Shown here piece after piece: positions 31,689-43,727 of a stretch of DNA of 64,000 nucleotides (its first letter is position 1; each line of letters starts with the position of its first letter). A program made the position numbers and the translations under genes. Where the stretch lies: NCBI GenBank assembly GCA_963827655.1, contig CAWHCF010000037.1:1-64000 (forward strand), written 5' to 3'. The notes below the pieces were generated by a model that saw only the letters and a list, made by a program, of their open reading frames with translations, searched no databases and was not told the origin of the DNA. Origin of the DNA: an uncultured Acidobacteriota bacterium (GTDB lineage: Bacteria > Acidobacteriota > UBA6911).

Positions 31689-34318
31689 ATGACCGGAAAG
31701 ACTATCTCACACTACCAGGTCCAAGAACGGCTCGGCAGTGGCGGAATGGGTGTGGTCTATAAGGCCGAGGATACCCGGTTGGGGCGGACCGTGGCTCTGA
31801 AGTTTCTGCCTCTGGCTGCCGCCGCCGCCCCACTGGACCTGGAAAGATTCCAGCGGGAGGCCCGCGCGGCTTCGGCAATAAACCATCCCAACATCTGCAC
31901 TATTTACGATGTCGGCGAATACGAAAGACAGCCTTTCATCGCCATGGAACTGCTGGAGGGCCGCAGCCTAAGGGAATACATTGCGGGCAGGGCGCTCAAG
32001 ACCGATCAAATGGTGGACCTGGGGATCCAGATTGCTGACGCGCTGGATGCAGTGCACTTGAAGGGGATCGTACACCGGGACATCAAGCCGGCAAACATAT
32101 TCGTCACGGACCGGGGCCACGCCAAGATTCTGGATTTTGGACTGGCTAAGCTGGTAGCGGACCAATTAGCGTCGCCGGAAGCAGCGACGGTGTCGACAGA
32201 TCGGCTGACCACGCTCGGGACGGCACTGGGGACGGTTGCCTATATGTCCCCCGAACAGGCGCGAGGGGAAGCTCTCGATGCACGCACAGACCTGTTTTCG
32301 CTTGGCGTGACGCTGTACGAGATGGCCACCGGATCTCTCCCTTTCACGGGCACTACATCTGCCACGGTCTTTGATGCCATCCTCCACCACGAGCCGATGC
32401 GTCCGTCGCAGGTGAACCCCAAGTTGCCAGCTGAACTGGAACGGATCATTCTGCGGGCGCTGGAGAAAGACCGGGAGGTCCGCTACCAGACGGCATCAGA
32501 CCTTCGCGCCGAGCTGAAGCGTTGGGGCGGCAAGCCGGTGAGACAGCGCCGAGCGCGCGAGAGAGAGGGAGCCGAGCGACGCATCGCCGGGGGAGAGTGC
32601 TTGCGTTCGTTGTCTGCGCAATAGTCGTTGCTGCTGCCGTGGGCTGGTTCCTGACACGACAATTCCCCAGCCGACAGCCCCCAAACCTTACCTTCACCAA
32701 GCTCACCAATCAGCCGGGCCTGGAGTTGTTTCCCAGCCTCTCCCCCGATGGCAAGTCCTTGGTTTACGCCAGCCGGGTCTCCGGCAACTGGGACATCTAC
32801 TTGCAGCGCGTTGATCGCGGAACACCCATTAACCTGACCAGGGACTCGTTATCGGACGACATCCATCCGGCCTTCTCTCCCGAGGGCGAGCGGATTGCGT
32901 TTCGGTCTGAACGAGACGGCGGCGGCATTTTCTTCATGGGCGCCACCGGCGAGTCGGTCCGTCGTATCACGGATTTCGGTTATCACCCCACATGGTCCCC
33001 TGATGGAAAAGAGATCGCGTGCGCCACCGAGGCAAGCGGTGTCTCCTTCGATCCGCCCCGGCCCGAACAGCAGCTTATGGGCTGTTCCCATCGGGGGCGG
33101 CCAGAGGCGCCCAATCGCAGAGAGTGGTGATGCCCTGGAACCCATGTGGTCTCCGCACGGTCACAGGATTGCCTTTTGGGGCCTACGATCCGGTCGGCCG
33201 GACATATGGACCATTCCCGCTACCGGGCGAGGAGAGCCGGTTCGGATCACAGATGATTTGCATGTGGATTGGCACCCCGTCTGGTCGCCGCTGGGCGACT
33301 ACATCTATTTCGTCAGCGATCGCAGCGGTGTCATGAATATCTGGCGGGTCCCGATCGAGGAGCGGTCTGGGAAGGTGCTGGGTTCCCCACAGCCGGTCAC
33401 CACGGCCGCCTCGGACGCACTGTCGATCAGCCTTTCCGGCGATGGGCGGATAGCGTATTCGCAGGGCACTTCCCAAGAAAACATCCAGACGATCGGATTC
33501 AACCCAGCAATGGAAACAGTGACCGGCCCGCCGGTGTGGATCACACAAGGCTCCAACCGGGTCGCTTCACTGGATCTCTCGCCGAATGGCGAGTGGATCG
33601 CCTTCGCCTCCCGAGGGTCGCGGCCCGACATCGCCATGATCCATCGGGACGGGACCGGACTTCGCTACTTGACTGACGACTCCCATCAGGATGCTTCAGC
33701 CTCGCTGGCACCCGGATGGAAGACGCATAGCATTCATCTCCCGTCGGAGCGGGAAGCTGGAACTCTGGATCATCAACCGGGACGGCAGCGGGCTCGAGCA
33801 GATAACACACACCCAGGACCGGGGCAGCGTGATGTATCCGCAGTGGTCCCCTGACGGTTCGCGACTTGGCTACTATGTCAGCGATGAAGGTTCTTACCTT
33901 CTTGATGCCGGCAAACCCTGGAAAGAGCAGACGCCTCAGGCCTTGCCCAAGATGAGCAACGGAGAGCTTTGCGGCGTACGCTTGGTCGCCTGACGGGCGT
34001 AAAATCGCCGGACTACACTCGCCGCGGACCGGTGCCTCGTCGGGCCTCACCATCTATTCTCTAGAATCTCGAGGATACGAAAAGGCCACCGAATCCGGAC
34101 TCGACCCGGTCTGGCTGAGCGACAGCCGCAGGCTTCTCTTCCTTCACAATCGGGATACGATCAGCCTGATCGACAGCCAGACCAAAAAGGCGCACCCGGT
34201 CTACTCCGTTGCACCGGCCACTATCCAAGGGAAGTTCACTCTCTCTCGCGATGATCGGGTGATTTACCTCAGCGTGATCGGTGGGGAGGCGGACATTTGG
34301 CTGGCGAGCCCGCAGTAA
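31689..34318 (+). CDS. Hanks-type Ser/Thr kinase with TM and PD40/TolB beta-propeller (several frameshifts)
   Basis: [28 protein letters not shown] and YMSPEQ; repeated (W/F)SPDG motifs. Confidence 0.88.
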
Positions 34319-34607
34319 TTTGCTGCGACGGGTAGGTCGAGATGTCGAAGACTCCATTCCCCAGAATACCAATCACGCCCGATGCTTGGGACCGTCTCAG
34401 AGAGGCGCGTCTCCACCATCTTGAAGGAACCGTAAGATTTTCCCGTTCGGAAAGTTACGCGTCTTCGTGGTCTTCGTGGTTAGTCGGTGCGAAACTACAG
34501 CCACTTAATACACAAAGACACGAAAATGTTGGCCGGATCGTCCCCGCACAGTCCCGCTCGTCCCGGAATGATTGAACCGGAATCGAAAGAGCCCCAGACT
34601 CACCTCC

Positions 34608-36460
34608 ATGATGACCAAACGAATCAGATGGTTTGCTTTCTGTTTTTGGCCTGTGCTGGCGCTGGCCCAGACGCCGGCCTCGCAGCACTCGTCACTGGCG
34701 AAGATCCGCCGGGAGAACGTCGCCCAGTTGAAGGTGGCCTGGACGTACCGCACCGGAGAACCGCTGACTCCGGTCGAGGGCGGCGGGAGACCGCCCGCAT
34801 TCGAAGCCACACCCATCTACGACGGCGGCTTGCTCTATATCGGCACTCCGTACGGCAAGGTAATCGCGCTCGAACCTGAAACGGGAAAAGAGAAGTGGTC
34901 GTTTGACGCCCGGATCAATCGCAAGGGCAACTACGGCGATTTCGCCAACCGCGGCGTTGCAATCTGGCAGGACCGGGCGAAGGCTGGAACGGGTCCTTGC
35001 GGGCGACGGATCTTCTTCGGAAGCATCGATGCGCGCCTCTTTGCGCTGGATGCCGCTTCCGGGAAGCCCTGCGCGGACTTCGGCAACCAGGGACAATCGA
35101 CCTCACTGCGGGCCTGCGCCGTGGACCGTCTTACCCGGGCGAGTACCAGCAGACGTCGCCTCCCGCTATCGTCGATGACCTGGTCATCGTGGGGTCGGCA
35201 ATCGCCGACAATCACCGCCTCGATTCTCCGAGCGGCGAGGTGCGCGCCTTCGATGCGCGCACGGGCGCGCTGCGCTGGAAATGGGATCCGCTGCCAGACA
35301 ATCCCAACGCGGGCGGAGCGAACGCATGGTCGCGCATTACCGTGGATCCTGACCTGCATCTCGTGTTCGTTCCGACCGGAAGCGCCAGTCCCGATTATTA
35401 TGGCGGCCTGCGACCGGGGCCCAATCGATATGCCAACTCCGTGGTCGCGTTGCGGTCCAAAACCGGAGAGGTCGCCTGGCATTTTCAGACCGTGCATCAC
35501 GATCTCTGGGACTACGATGTCGCCTCGCCCCCCGCGCTGTTCACGGTCAAACGCGATGGCCGCGTGGTTCTGGGAGTTGCGGTCGGCTCGAAAACCGGCC
35601 ATCTGTTCCTGCTCCAGCGCGAAACCGGACAGCCCCTGTTTCCCGTGGAAGAACGGCCCGTGCCGAAGAGCGACGTCCCGGGCGAGCAGGCCGCCTTGAC
35701 GCAGCCGTTCCCGACCTCGCCGCCGTCGCTGGTTCCTCAGCGGCTCACGGCCGACGAAGCCTGGGGAGCGACGGAGAAAGATCGTCAATGGTGTAAAGAA
35801 CAGATTGCAGCGCTGCGCTCGGAGGGCATCTTCACGCCGCCGAGCCTTCGCGGCTCGATCATCACGCCGGGCAACATCGGCGGATTGCACTGGGGTGGGG
35901 TCGCTCACGATCCGGAGCGGGGATTGCTGATCGCGCCGGCCAACCGGTTGACGGCGGTCGCGCGTCTGATTCCGCTGGACCAGGTCGCCGCCTACCGGAA
36001 GGAGCACCCGGAATGGGAGACCACAATCCAGCAGGGAACGCCGTATGCCATGTCGCGTACGTTTCTGCGATCGCCGAGCGGCTTGCCCTGCAATCCACCG
36101 CCATTCGGCACGCTGACCGCCGTCGACCTGGCCAGCGGCGGTATCCGGTGGCAGGTACCGCTGGGCAACCTTCCGCTGCCGGGCGCATTGCCCGAATGGG
36201 GATCGATCAACCTGGGCGGTCCGCTGGCTACCGCAGGAGGGCTTCTGTTCATAGGCGCGAGCCTGGATCCGGCGATCCGGGCGTTCGACCTCGATTCCGG
36301 AGCCGAGCTGTGGAAGGGCGCGCTGCCCGCCAGTGCGCGCTCGACGCCGATGACTTTCGAGGCGCCGAGCGGCAGGCAGTATGTGATAATCGCCGCCGGC
36401 GGTCACGACCCGAAGTTCGGCAAGCTTGACAATGCACTGGTGGCATTTACATTGCCATGA
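34608..36460 (+). CDS. PQQ-dependent glucose/quinate-type dehydrogenase (frameshift near 35090)
   Basis: VAWTYRTG, FEATP, NRGVA, ANAWS, FQTVHHDLWDYD, PCNPPPFG and QYVIIAAGGH. Confidence 0.9.
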
Positions 36461-36476
36461 TTTCAGGAGCGCTCTC

Positions 36477-37581
36477 GTGTCGCCCATCTGGAACCGGATC
36501 CGCGGCTTTCCCTGGCGCCTGATCTTTCTGTTGAGCACGGCCTTCGGCGTCTTACTCTTTTTCTACAGAGCTCTCGACCGTCCGGCGCGAAACCAACCCG
36601 TCGATTGGATGGAGGTGTTCCTGGAGGAGATGACGGGAGCTTACGCCGGGCTTCCGCTGCTCCCGCTGGTGGCCTGGCTGGTTTTGCGTTTTTCCGCTCG
36701 TGATGGCGGCTGGAAGAAGTATTGGCCCCTTTACTCGGCGGCCGGCGTCGCGTACGGTCTCACCTACACGACGCTGATCTACGGCCTGCGCCTCGCAGTG
36801 TTCGCCATCCTCGGAAGAGGTCCTTACGATTACGGGATCATGAGCTTTCGCTACCTGATGGAACTGCCGGTGCAATTGATCATCTTCTCGGTCATTGTCG
36901 TCGTCATCACACATGCCGAAGACCGGCGCGTGGCGCGGGAACGGCAGCTGCGAATGGAAACGCTCGAGCGCCAACTGGCCCAGGCGCAATTGGAGACGCT
37001 GCAACTTCAGCTGCGGCCGCATTTCCTGTTCAATGCCCTCAACGCCGTCTCGTCGATCATGTACGAGGACCCGCGGGCAGCCGACCGCATGATCGGACGA
37101 CTGAGCGAATTCCTGCGACGCGTCCTGCGAACCGACAGCGCCCACGAAGTTCCGCTGCGCGAAGAGCTGGACTTGCTCGAGCTGTATCTCGACATCATGC
37201 GAGCCCGCTTCGAGCACCGGCTGCAGTGCTCCGTGGAATCGGACCGCGACCTGGACAGCGCCATGGTGCCGCAGTTGATTCTCCAGCCGGTAGTGGAGAA
37301 CGCGATTCGATATGGAGCGGATCCAACGTCCGGCGAAATCAGAGTTACGGTTCAGTGTGCAGCGGTTCGATGGACGGTTGCGTCTCGAGGTAAACGATTG
37401 CGGACCCGGCACGAACACGAACCAAAACGGGCTCGGGTTGGGTTTGAAGAACCTCGCCGGCCGGCTTGAACGTCTCTATGGGGAGCGCGGGCAAATCGCT
37501 ATCGAACACCATGCGGCGGGCACACGAGTTGTCATCTGGCTGCCGTTGGGCCGCGCGTCCGAACTGGAAGGGAGCCCATGA
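36477..37581 (+). CDS. LytS-type sensor histidine kinase (frameshift)
   Basis: Four TM helices; QLRPHFLFNALN; LQPVVENAIRYG; GLGLKN. Confidence 0.88.
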
Positions 37582-38336
37582 CGATTCGCGCCGTGATCGC
37601 CGACGATGAGCCGCCGGCCCGCCGGAAGCTCCGGCGGCTCCTGGCGCGCGAGGCAGACGTGTCGATCGCCGGCGAGGCCTCTACCGGAGAGGAAACGGTT
37701 GCGCTGCTGCGCGAGAATCAGCCGGACGTTTTGTTTCTGGACGTGCAGATGCCAGGGCTTGACGGGTTTCAGGTTCTGGAGGCGCTGGGCGATCTGGGTG
37801 AGACCGCCGTCGTCTTTGTGACCGCCCACGACGACTACGCCGTCCGCGCTTTCGAGGTTCAGGCTCTCGATTACCTGTTGAAGCCCGTGACTGAAGATCG
37901 GTTGGCCGCAGTGATGCAACGGCTCCGGGCCCAACTCGGCCGGCGCATGCCGGCGCCGGAGCCTCAGGGCCGTTTCTGGAAACGAATTCTGGTCCAGGGG
38001 CCCCGCCTGGCCCGTTTTGTCCAGATCGCCGAGATCGACTGGATCGAGGCAGATCGCAATTACCTGGTCCTCCATTGCGGCGCCCAGGAGCACCTGGTGC
38101 GCGCCACGCTCGAAGCCTTCGCCGAGCGCCTGGATCCCAACGAATTCGTGCGCATCAACCGTTCGACCGTCGTGAATCTCGACCGCGTGCGCGAGCTGCA
38201 GCCCTGGACCCACGGCGAGTTCCGCGGTGATATTGGAAGCGGCGGCCGCGAGCTCACATGGAGCCGGCGCTATTTGTCGTCGAATCTGGATAGATTCCTG
38301 CGATCTGTAAGGGTGCCAGGCTGCGCGCTAAGCTGA
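37578..38336 (+). CDS. LytTR response regulator
   Basis: DDEP..R, FLDVQMP, FVTA, DYLLKP and F.RI.RS..VN. Confidence 0.92.
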   Translation: MTIRAVIADDEPPARRKLRRLLAREADVSIAGEASTGEETVALLRENQPDVLFLDVQMPGLDGFQVLEALGDLGETAVVFVTAHDDYAVRAFEVQALDYLLKPVTEDRLAAVMQRLRAQLGRRMPAPEPQGRFWKRILVQGPRLARFVQIAEIDWIEADRNYLVLHCGAQEHLVRATLEAFAERLDPNEFVRINRSTVVNLDRVRELQPWTHGEFRGDIGSGGRELTWSRRYLSSNLDRFLRSVRVPGCALS

Positions 38337-38368
38337 CCACCGATTGCGCCAGAATGTGAAGTATTCCG

Positions 38369-38758
38369 ATGGGAGCCGCAAGGATGGCCGAGGATAAGTT
38401 TGATCGAGGTCTGAAGAAGCGCCAGCAGATTTCCATAACTGTCGTCGGGCGCCGTAGCGGGCGAACCATTACCCTGCCGGTCTGGTTCGTCTCTACGGAC
38501 GACGGCTTGCTGCTGCTGCCGGTCTACGGTTCGCAGACTCAGTGGTACCGAAACCTGCTGAAGAACCCCACCATCACCATCCAGGCCGGAAGCGAGCGGC
38601 GCACACTTCGGGCCCGCACGCTGCGAGACGCGCGTGCCGTGGGCAAAGTGATTCGGGAGTTCCGCGAGAAATACACGCCCGAGATGATTGCGCGCTTGTA
38701 CCCCGGCCCCCTGGATGCCGCCGTCAAGGTACAGCTTCAGCGCGGGGTCGAGACCTGA
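38369..38758 (+). CDS. Split-barrel F420/nitroreductase-like (Ddn/DUF2255-like) protein
   Basis: GRRSGR...PVWFV and WYRNL..NP motifs. Confidence 0.7.
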   Translation: MGAARMAEDKFDRGLKKRQQISITVVGRRSGRTITLPVWFVSTDDGLLLLPVYGSQTQWYRNLLKNPTITIQAGSERRTLRARTLRDARAVGKVIREFREKYTPEMIARLYPGPLDAAVKVQLQRGVET

Positions 38759-38802
38759 AATTCGGCGCTCTTGGGTTTCTTTGCGTCTTGGAGTCTTTGT
38801 GG

Positions 38803-39105
38803 TTAGCCCCGTCTACCCAATTTGCCCAGAATCCGGCTCATCTCGTCGGTGGAAAAAGCCCGCAGGGATTGGGTCCGAACGTTGCCCAGCGCGCCGACAC
38901 TCAAGAGAAGCGCGGTGACGGAGGCGTCGTCGGGCGCTTCGATGACGGTCGCGATGTCGTACTGGCCCAGGGTCCAGTAAACCTCTTTTACCGTGGCCCC
39001 CACCCGCTTCGCCATTTCTTTGAGGGCTTCGGAGCGTTTGGTAGTCTCCTTGATGTTCCGAATCCCCTGGTCTGTGTACTGTCCGAGAACGATGTACGTT
39101 GCCAT
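38803..39105 (-). CDS. GYD domain protein
   Basis: YTDQGIRN, YWTLGQYD and GNVRTQSLRAF. Confidence 0.88.
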   Translation of the reverse strand: MATYIVLGQYTDQGIRNIKETTKRSEALKEMAKRVGATVKEVYWTLGQYDIATVIEAPDDASVTALLLSVGALGNVRTQSLRAFSTDEMSRILGKLGRRG

Positions 39106-39174
39106 GTTGGCCTCCTTGCCAAACTGCTTGTTTTTTCTTGATCGTCCAAGAAACCCTGATGCTACGTCAAGTAA

Positions 39175-40509
<1,335 letters not shown>

Positions 40510-40676
40510 GGGGAGATTATAGCGGAGCCCGAGGCGTACACCATCTTAGTGTTTCTTCGTGTCTTGCGTGCCTAGATCCTATGTAGGGCGGCAGCTCGCA
40601 GGGTCGAAAGAGCGGGCCGTTCTTGGTAAGCTCCTTTTGGGTTTAGTTGTCTAATCCAAAACAAAAAGGAGAAACT

Positions 40677-41831
40677 ATGACCAAGACGACCCGCAACCAA
40701 CAGTATAGCGATATTCGACCGACATTGTTTATGGCATTTGAGCTAGGGATGTCGGAATGGAAACTGGGGTTCACGATTGGGCTGGGGCAGAAGGCGCGAA
40801 GGCGCACGGTAACAGCCGGCAACCTTGAAAAAGTACAGAGGGAGATCGTGGCCGCCAAGAAACGGTTCCAACTTCCGGAGACGGCCGAGGTGGTGAGCTG
40901 CTACGAAGCAGGGCGGGATGGGTTTTGGCTGCATCGATACTTGACGCAGTCTGGGATCGGGAACCTGGTGGTGGACTCAGCGAGCATTGAAGTGAACCGG
41001 AGAAAGCGGCGAGCTAAGACGGATCGCATGGACGTGGAGAAGTTGCTGACCATGCTGATTCGGTATCAGTACGGAGAGCACAGGGTCTGGAGCGTGGTGC
41101 GAGTACCTTCGCCCGAAGAGGAAGATAACCGGCAGTTGAATCGAGAGCTGCGCAGCCTGAAGAAGGAGAAGACGCGGACCACCAATCGCATCAAGGGACT
41201 ACTGGCGAGCCAGGGGGTCAGGCTTGAGCCTGGGAAGGAGCTGTCGGACAAGAAACTGGACTCGATCAGGTTATGGGATGGCTCGCCATTGCAGCCGGGG
41301 TTAAAAGGCCGCCTGCAGCACGAGTGTGCGCATGTGGTGTTTTTGAAGCGACAGATCCTGTCGCTGGAGGGGGACCGCAGGCGCGAACTCAGAGAGGGAG
41401 AGAACCCGGACCTGGACCAGGTTCGCCAGCTTGCGTCTTTGCGCGGCATTGGTGTCAACGGCGGTTGGGTGCTGGTGCGAGAGTTCTTCGCCTGGAGGAA
41501 GTTTAACAACCGGCGCGAAGTGGGGTCGCTGGCGGGCCTGGCGCCGACCCCCTATCAGAGCGGGGAATCGAGGCGGGAGCAAGGGATTAGCAAAGCCGGC
41601 AACCGTCACGTCCGGGGGGTAATGATTGAGCTGGCCTGGTCTTGGGTGCGCTTCCAGCCCAAGAGCAAGCTTACTCAGTGGTTCGAGGAGCGTTTCGGCG
41701 GTGCGGGCAAGCGCGTCCGTAGGGTTGGAATAGTGGCTGTGGCACGACGCCTGCTGATCGATATGTGGAAGTTCCTCGAGACCGGAGCTCTGCCCGAGGG
41801 CGCGCAACTGAAAAAAGTAGTAGTCGCTTAG
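40677..41831 (+). CDS. IS110 family transposase/recombinase
   Basis: CYEAGRDGFWLHR, KTDRMD, GIG, GLAPTP.QSG, ISKAGN and VAVARRL; frame intact. Confidence 0.95.
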   Translation: MTKTTRNQQYSDIRPTLFMAFELGMSEWKLGFTIGLGQKARRRTVTAGNLEKVQREIVAAKKRFQLPETAEVVSCYEAGRDGFWLHRYLTQSGIGNLVVDSASIEVNRRKRRAKTDRMDVEKLLTMLIRYQYGEHRVWSVVRVPSPEEEDNRQLNRELRSLKKEKTRTTNRIKGLLASQGVRLEPGKELSDKKLDSIRLWDGSPLQPGLKGRLQHECAHVVFLKRQILSLEGDRRRELREGENPDLDQVRQLASLRGIGVNGGWVLVREFFAWRKFNNRREVGSLAGLAPTPYQSGESRREQGISKAGNRHVRGVMIELAWSWVRFQPKSKLTQWFEERFGGAGKRVRRVGIVAVARRLLIDMWKFLETGALPEGAQLKKVVVA

Positions 41832-42024
41832 ACGGAGAGAAACCAGAACGTGAGAACGTTCGAGACCTAAACAGCCTATGAAACCTCAGGTGTTGTTTTC
41901 CTCTTGCGGCCATTGTGCTCCGGCCGGCCCCAGCGGCGTCAAGGCTAAACCCTTTGGGCGCGCTGTGCGCGGCCTTGACCCCGCGGGCCGACCGGAATTT
42001 TTGGCCGCTAAGAGGAAAACAACC

Positions 42025-42270
42025 GAGAGTAAACCAACTTCTCGGCATGGTGGGACTGCCCGAAAATACCACTGGTATCCGTTTTGGAACCGGTTCCTAG
42101 ATGGGGCGTCCCGAAAGCGCTCGCACATTTTTCGCCACCGCGCGAATACAGGATTGGGTGTCCGATCACTACACGATCGGCACGGATAGAAGTTTCATTC
42201 GGGGTCTATCCCCGAATCAGACACCGAGCCACCAGCTGCAGACGTAACCAAGGAGGTCAACCGAAAGGAG
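42025..42270 (+). ncRNA. Candidate bridge/seek RNA in the IS right end
   Basis: Non-coding, several stems; contains ATAGAAGT and CCTAGAT, identical to the element's junction sequences; boundaries approximate. Confidence 0.5.
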
Positions 42271-42295
42271 CTTGACACCCAAGACTACATAGAAG

Positions 42296-42780
42296 TGTTT
42301 GATCGGGCTGCGTTCCTACGCAGGCACGCAGTGATCACCGGCACGAACGGCGCAGAGCCCTCAGGCGGCATTCGGTGGATCGGGGTTCAAGCGGCATGCC
42401 GGTCGGAATTGGGCGAACATTCGATCCTTAGGACCGGGCAGTACTCTCGTCGCCATGATCCGGAGTTGTTGGACTGGTCGGCCTCGGCCCTCCTTCTCGA
42501 TGGCAGTGATCTGTGGATGGGTTTGATTGTTCGACCCGAAGGAGCCGTCGACCCGGGAGGGCTCGCCCGAATCCCACTAGAAGGCGGTCCTATCCGGAAG
42601 TACCGAGTCCCGGCCGTGATTCACAGGATCCAGAAGTTTGGCGGCGCGCTCTATCTGGCCACGTCGGAAGGCATCTTCATCGTCGACCGCAGCAATCTCG
42701 TTCACGTGAACCTCGACCCGGACAGGAACGGGGAGTACAGTCTCAGGTCGAGCACACACGCGCTGGTACCTCAACCATAG
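42296..42780 (+). pseudogene. 3' fragment of a beta-propeller-like protein gene
   Basis: LWMGL and LYLATSEGIF blade-like motifs; no convincing start, begins at the IS end. Confidence 0.45.
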
Positions 42781-42814
42781 AGACCTTGCCCTTCTCTTGA
42801 CCGCTACCGAGTGG

Positions 42815-43673
42815 TCAAGCTTCGGCAGCCTGGGTCGCGCTCCTCGCCCGGCGGCTAATCAGGAACACACCCACCGCCAACCAGATCACGATGACGAACC
42901 CGATGCCGTACTCATACGTCAAGTAGTGAGTCACTCCGGTGTCGATGGTGAGGACCTCGAAGCTGGTCTGCGCGCCGTTGCTCGCCGCATGAAGGAACAC
43001 CGCCGGCCACACGCTTCCCGACCGCTGCCTCAGCCAGGTGTAAAAAAAACTCACGCCGACCACGCTCAGGGTGAAACACGCCGTCGCGTACCAGAGCGGC
43101 AGCTTGGGACGCATGCTGGGGAGAAGGACGAACATCAACGGGTAGTGCCAGACGGACCAGATCAAGCCCACTACGACGCTCGCCCTGGCGAAGCTCGTCG
43201 CCTCGGACAGGCGAGGGGCGAGCAGGCCTCGCCAGCCCAGCTCTTCGCCCAGCGCCGAGGCTGCGCTCGTAACCGCTCCGAGCGGAGCAATCACAAGAAG
43301 CATGAATGGAAGGACGAATTTCGGATTAAAACCTCCAAGGCCGACGCGAGCCAGAAAAGTCGAAAGACGGTCGGAATTGAACGCGCCCAGACCGAAAATC
43401 CAAACCGTGAGATAGACGGCCGCGGCGAGCAGGTATGGGAAGAAGATCACTCCAAGAAGATAGCGCGTCGTGTTGCCCCAGCGCAGCCCGAGCTCGGCGA
43501 GAGGGCGACGGAGAATGAGTTTGGTGGCGATTGCCGCCAGGCCCGGGCACCACATGAAACGCGGCCGAGTGCGCCTCGCCCCATCGTGGTTGCTGGCTCG
43601 CAAAAAGATATACGTAAAACGCAGCACTAAAACCAAGCGTCAGGGAAAGAAACAGGAGGACTTCTTTCTTCAT
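42815..43673 (-). CDS. CPBP (CAAX/Abi) intramembrane metalloprotease (frameshift near the start)
   Basis: GEELGWRG, W..WH and H...N motifs. Confidence 0.88.
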
Positions 43674-43727
43674 GTTCAGTCCGGCAGCAAATCCGTTCGC
43701 GATGGTAAAAGGGAAAAGCGTAGCCTG

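Larger units (their letters stand above)
40573..42295 (+). mobile_element. IS110-family element, IS1111-like architecture
   Basis: Subterminal inverted repeats CTATGTAG (40579-40586) and CTACATAG (42285-42292); short left end; ~460-bp right end with outward TTGACA at 42272. Confidence 0.8.
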
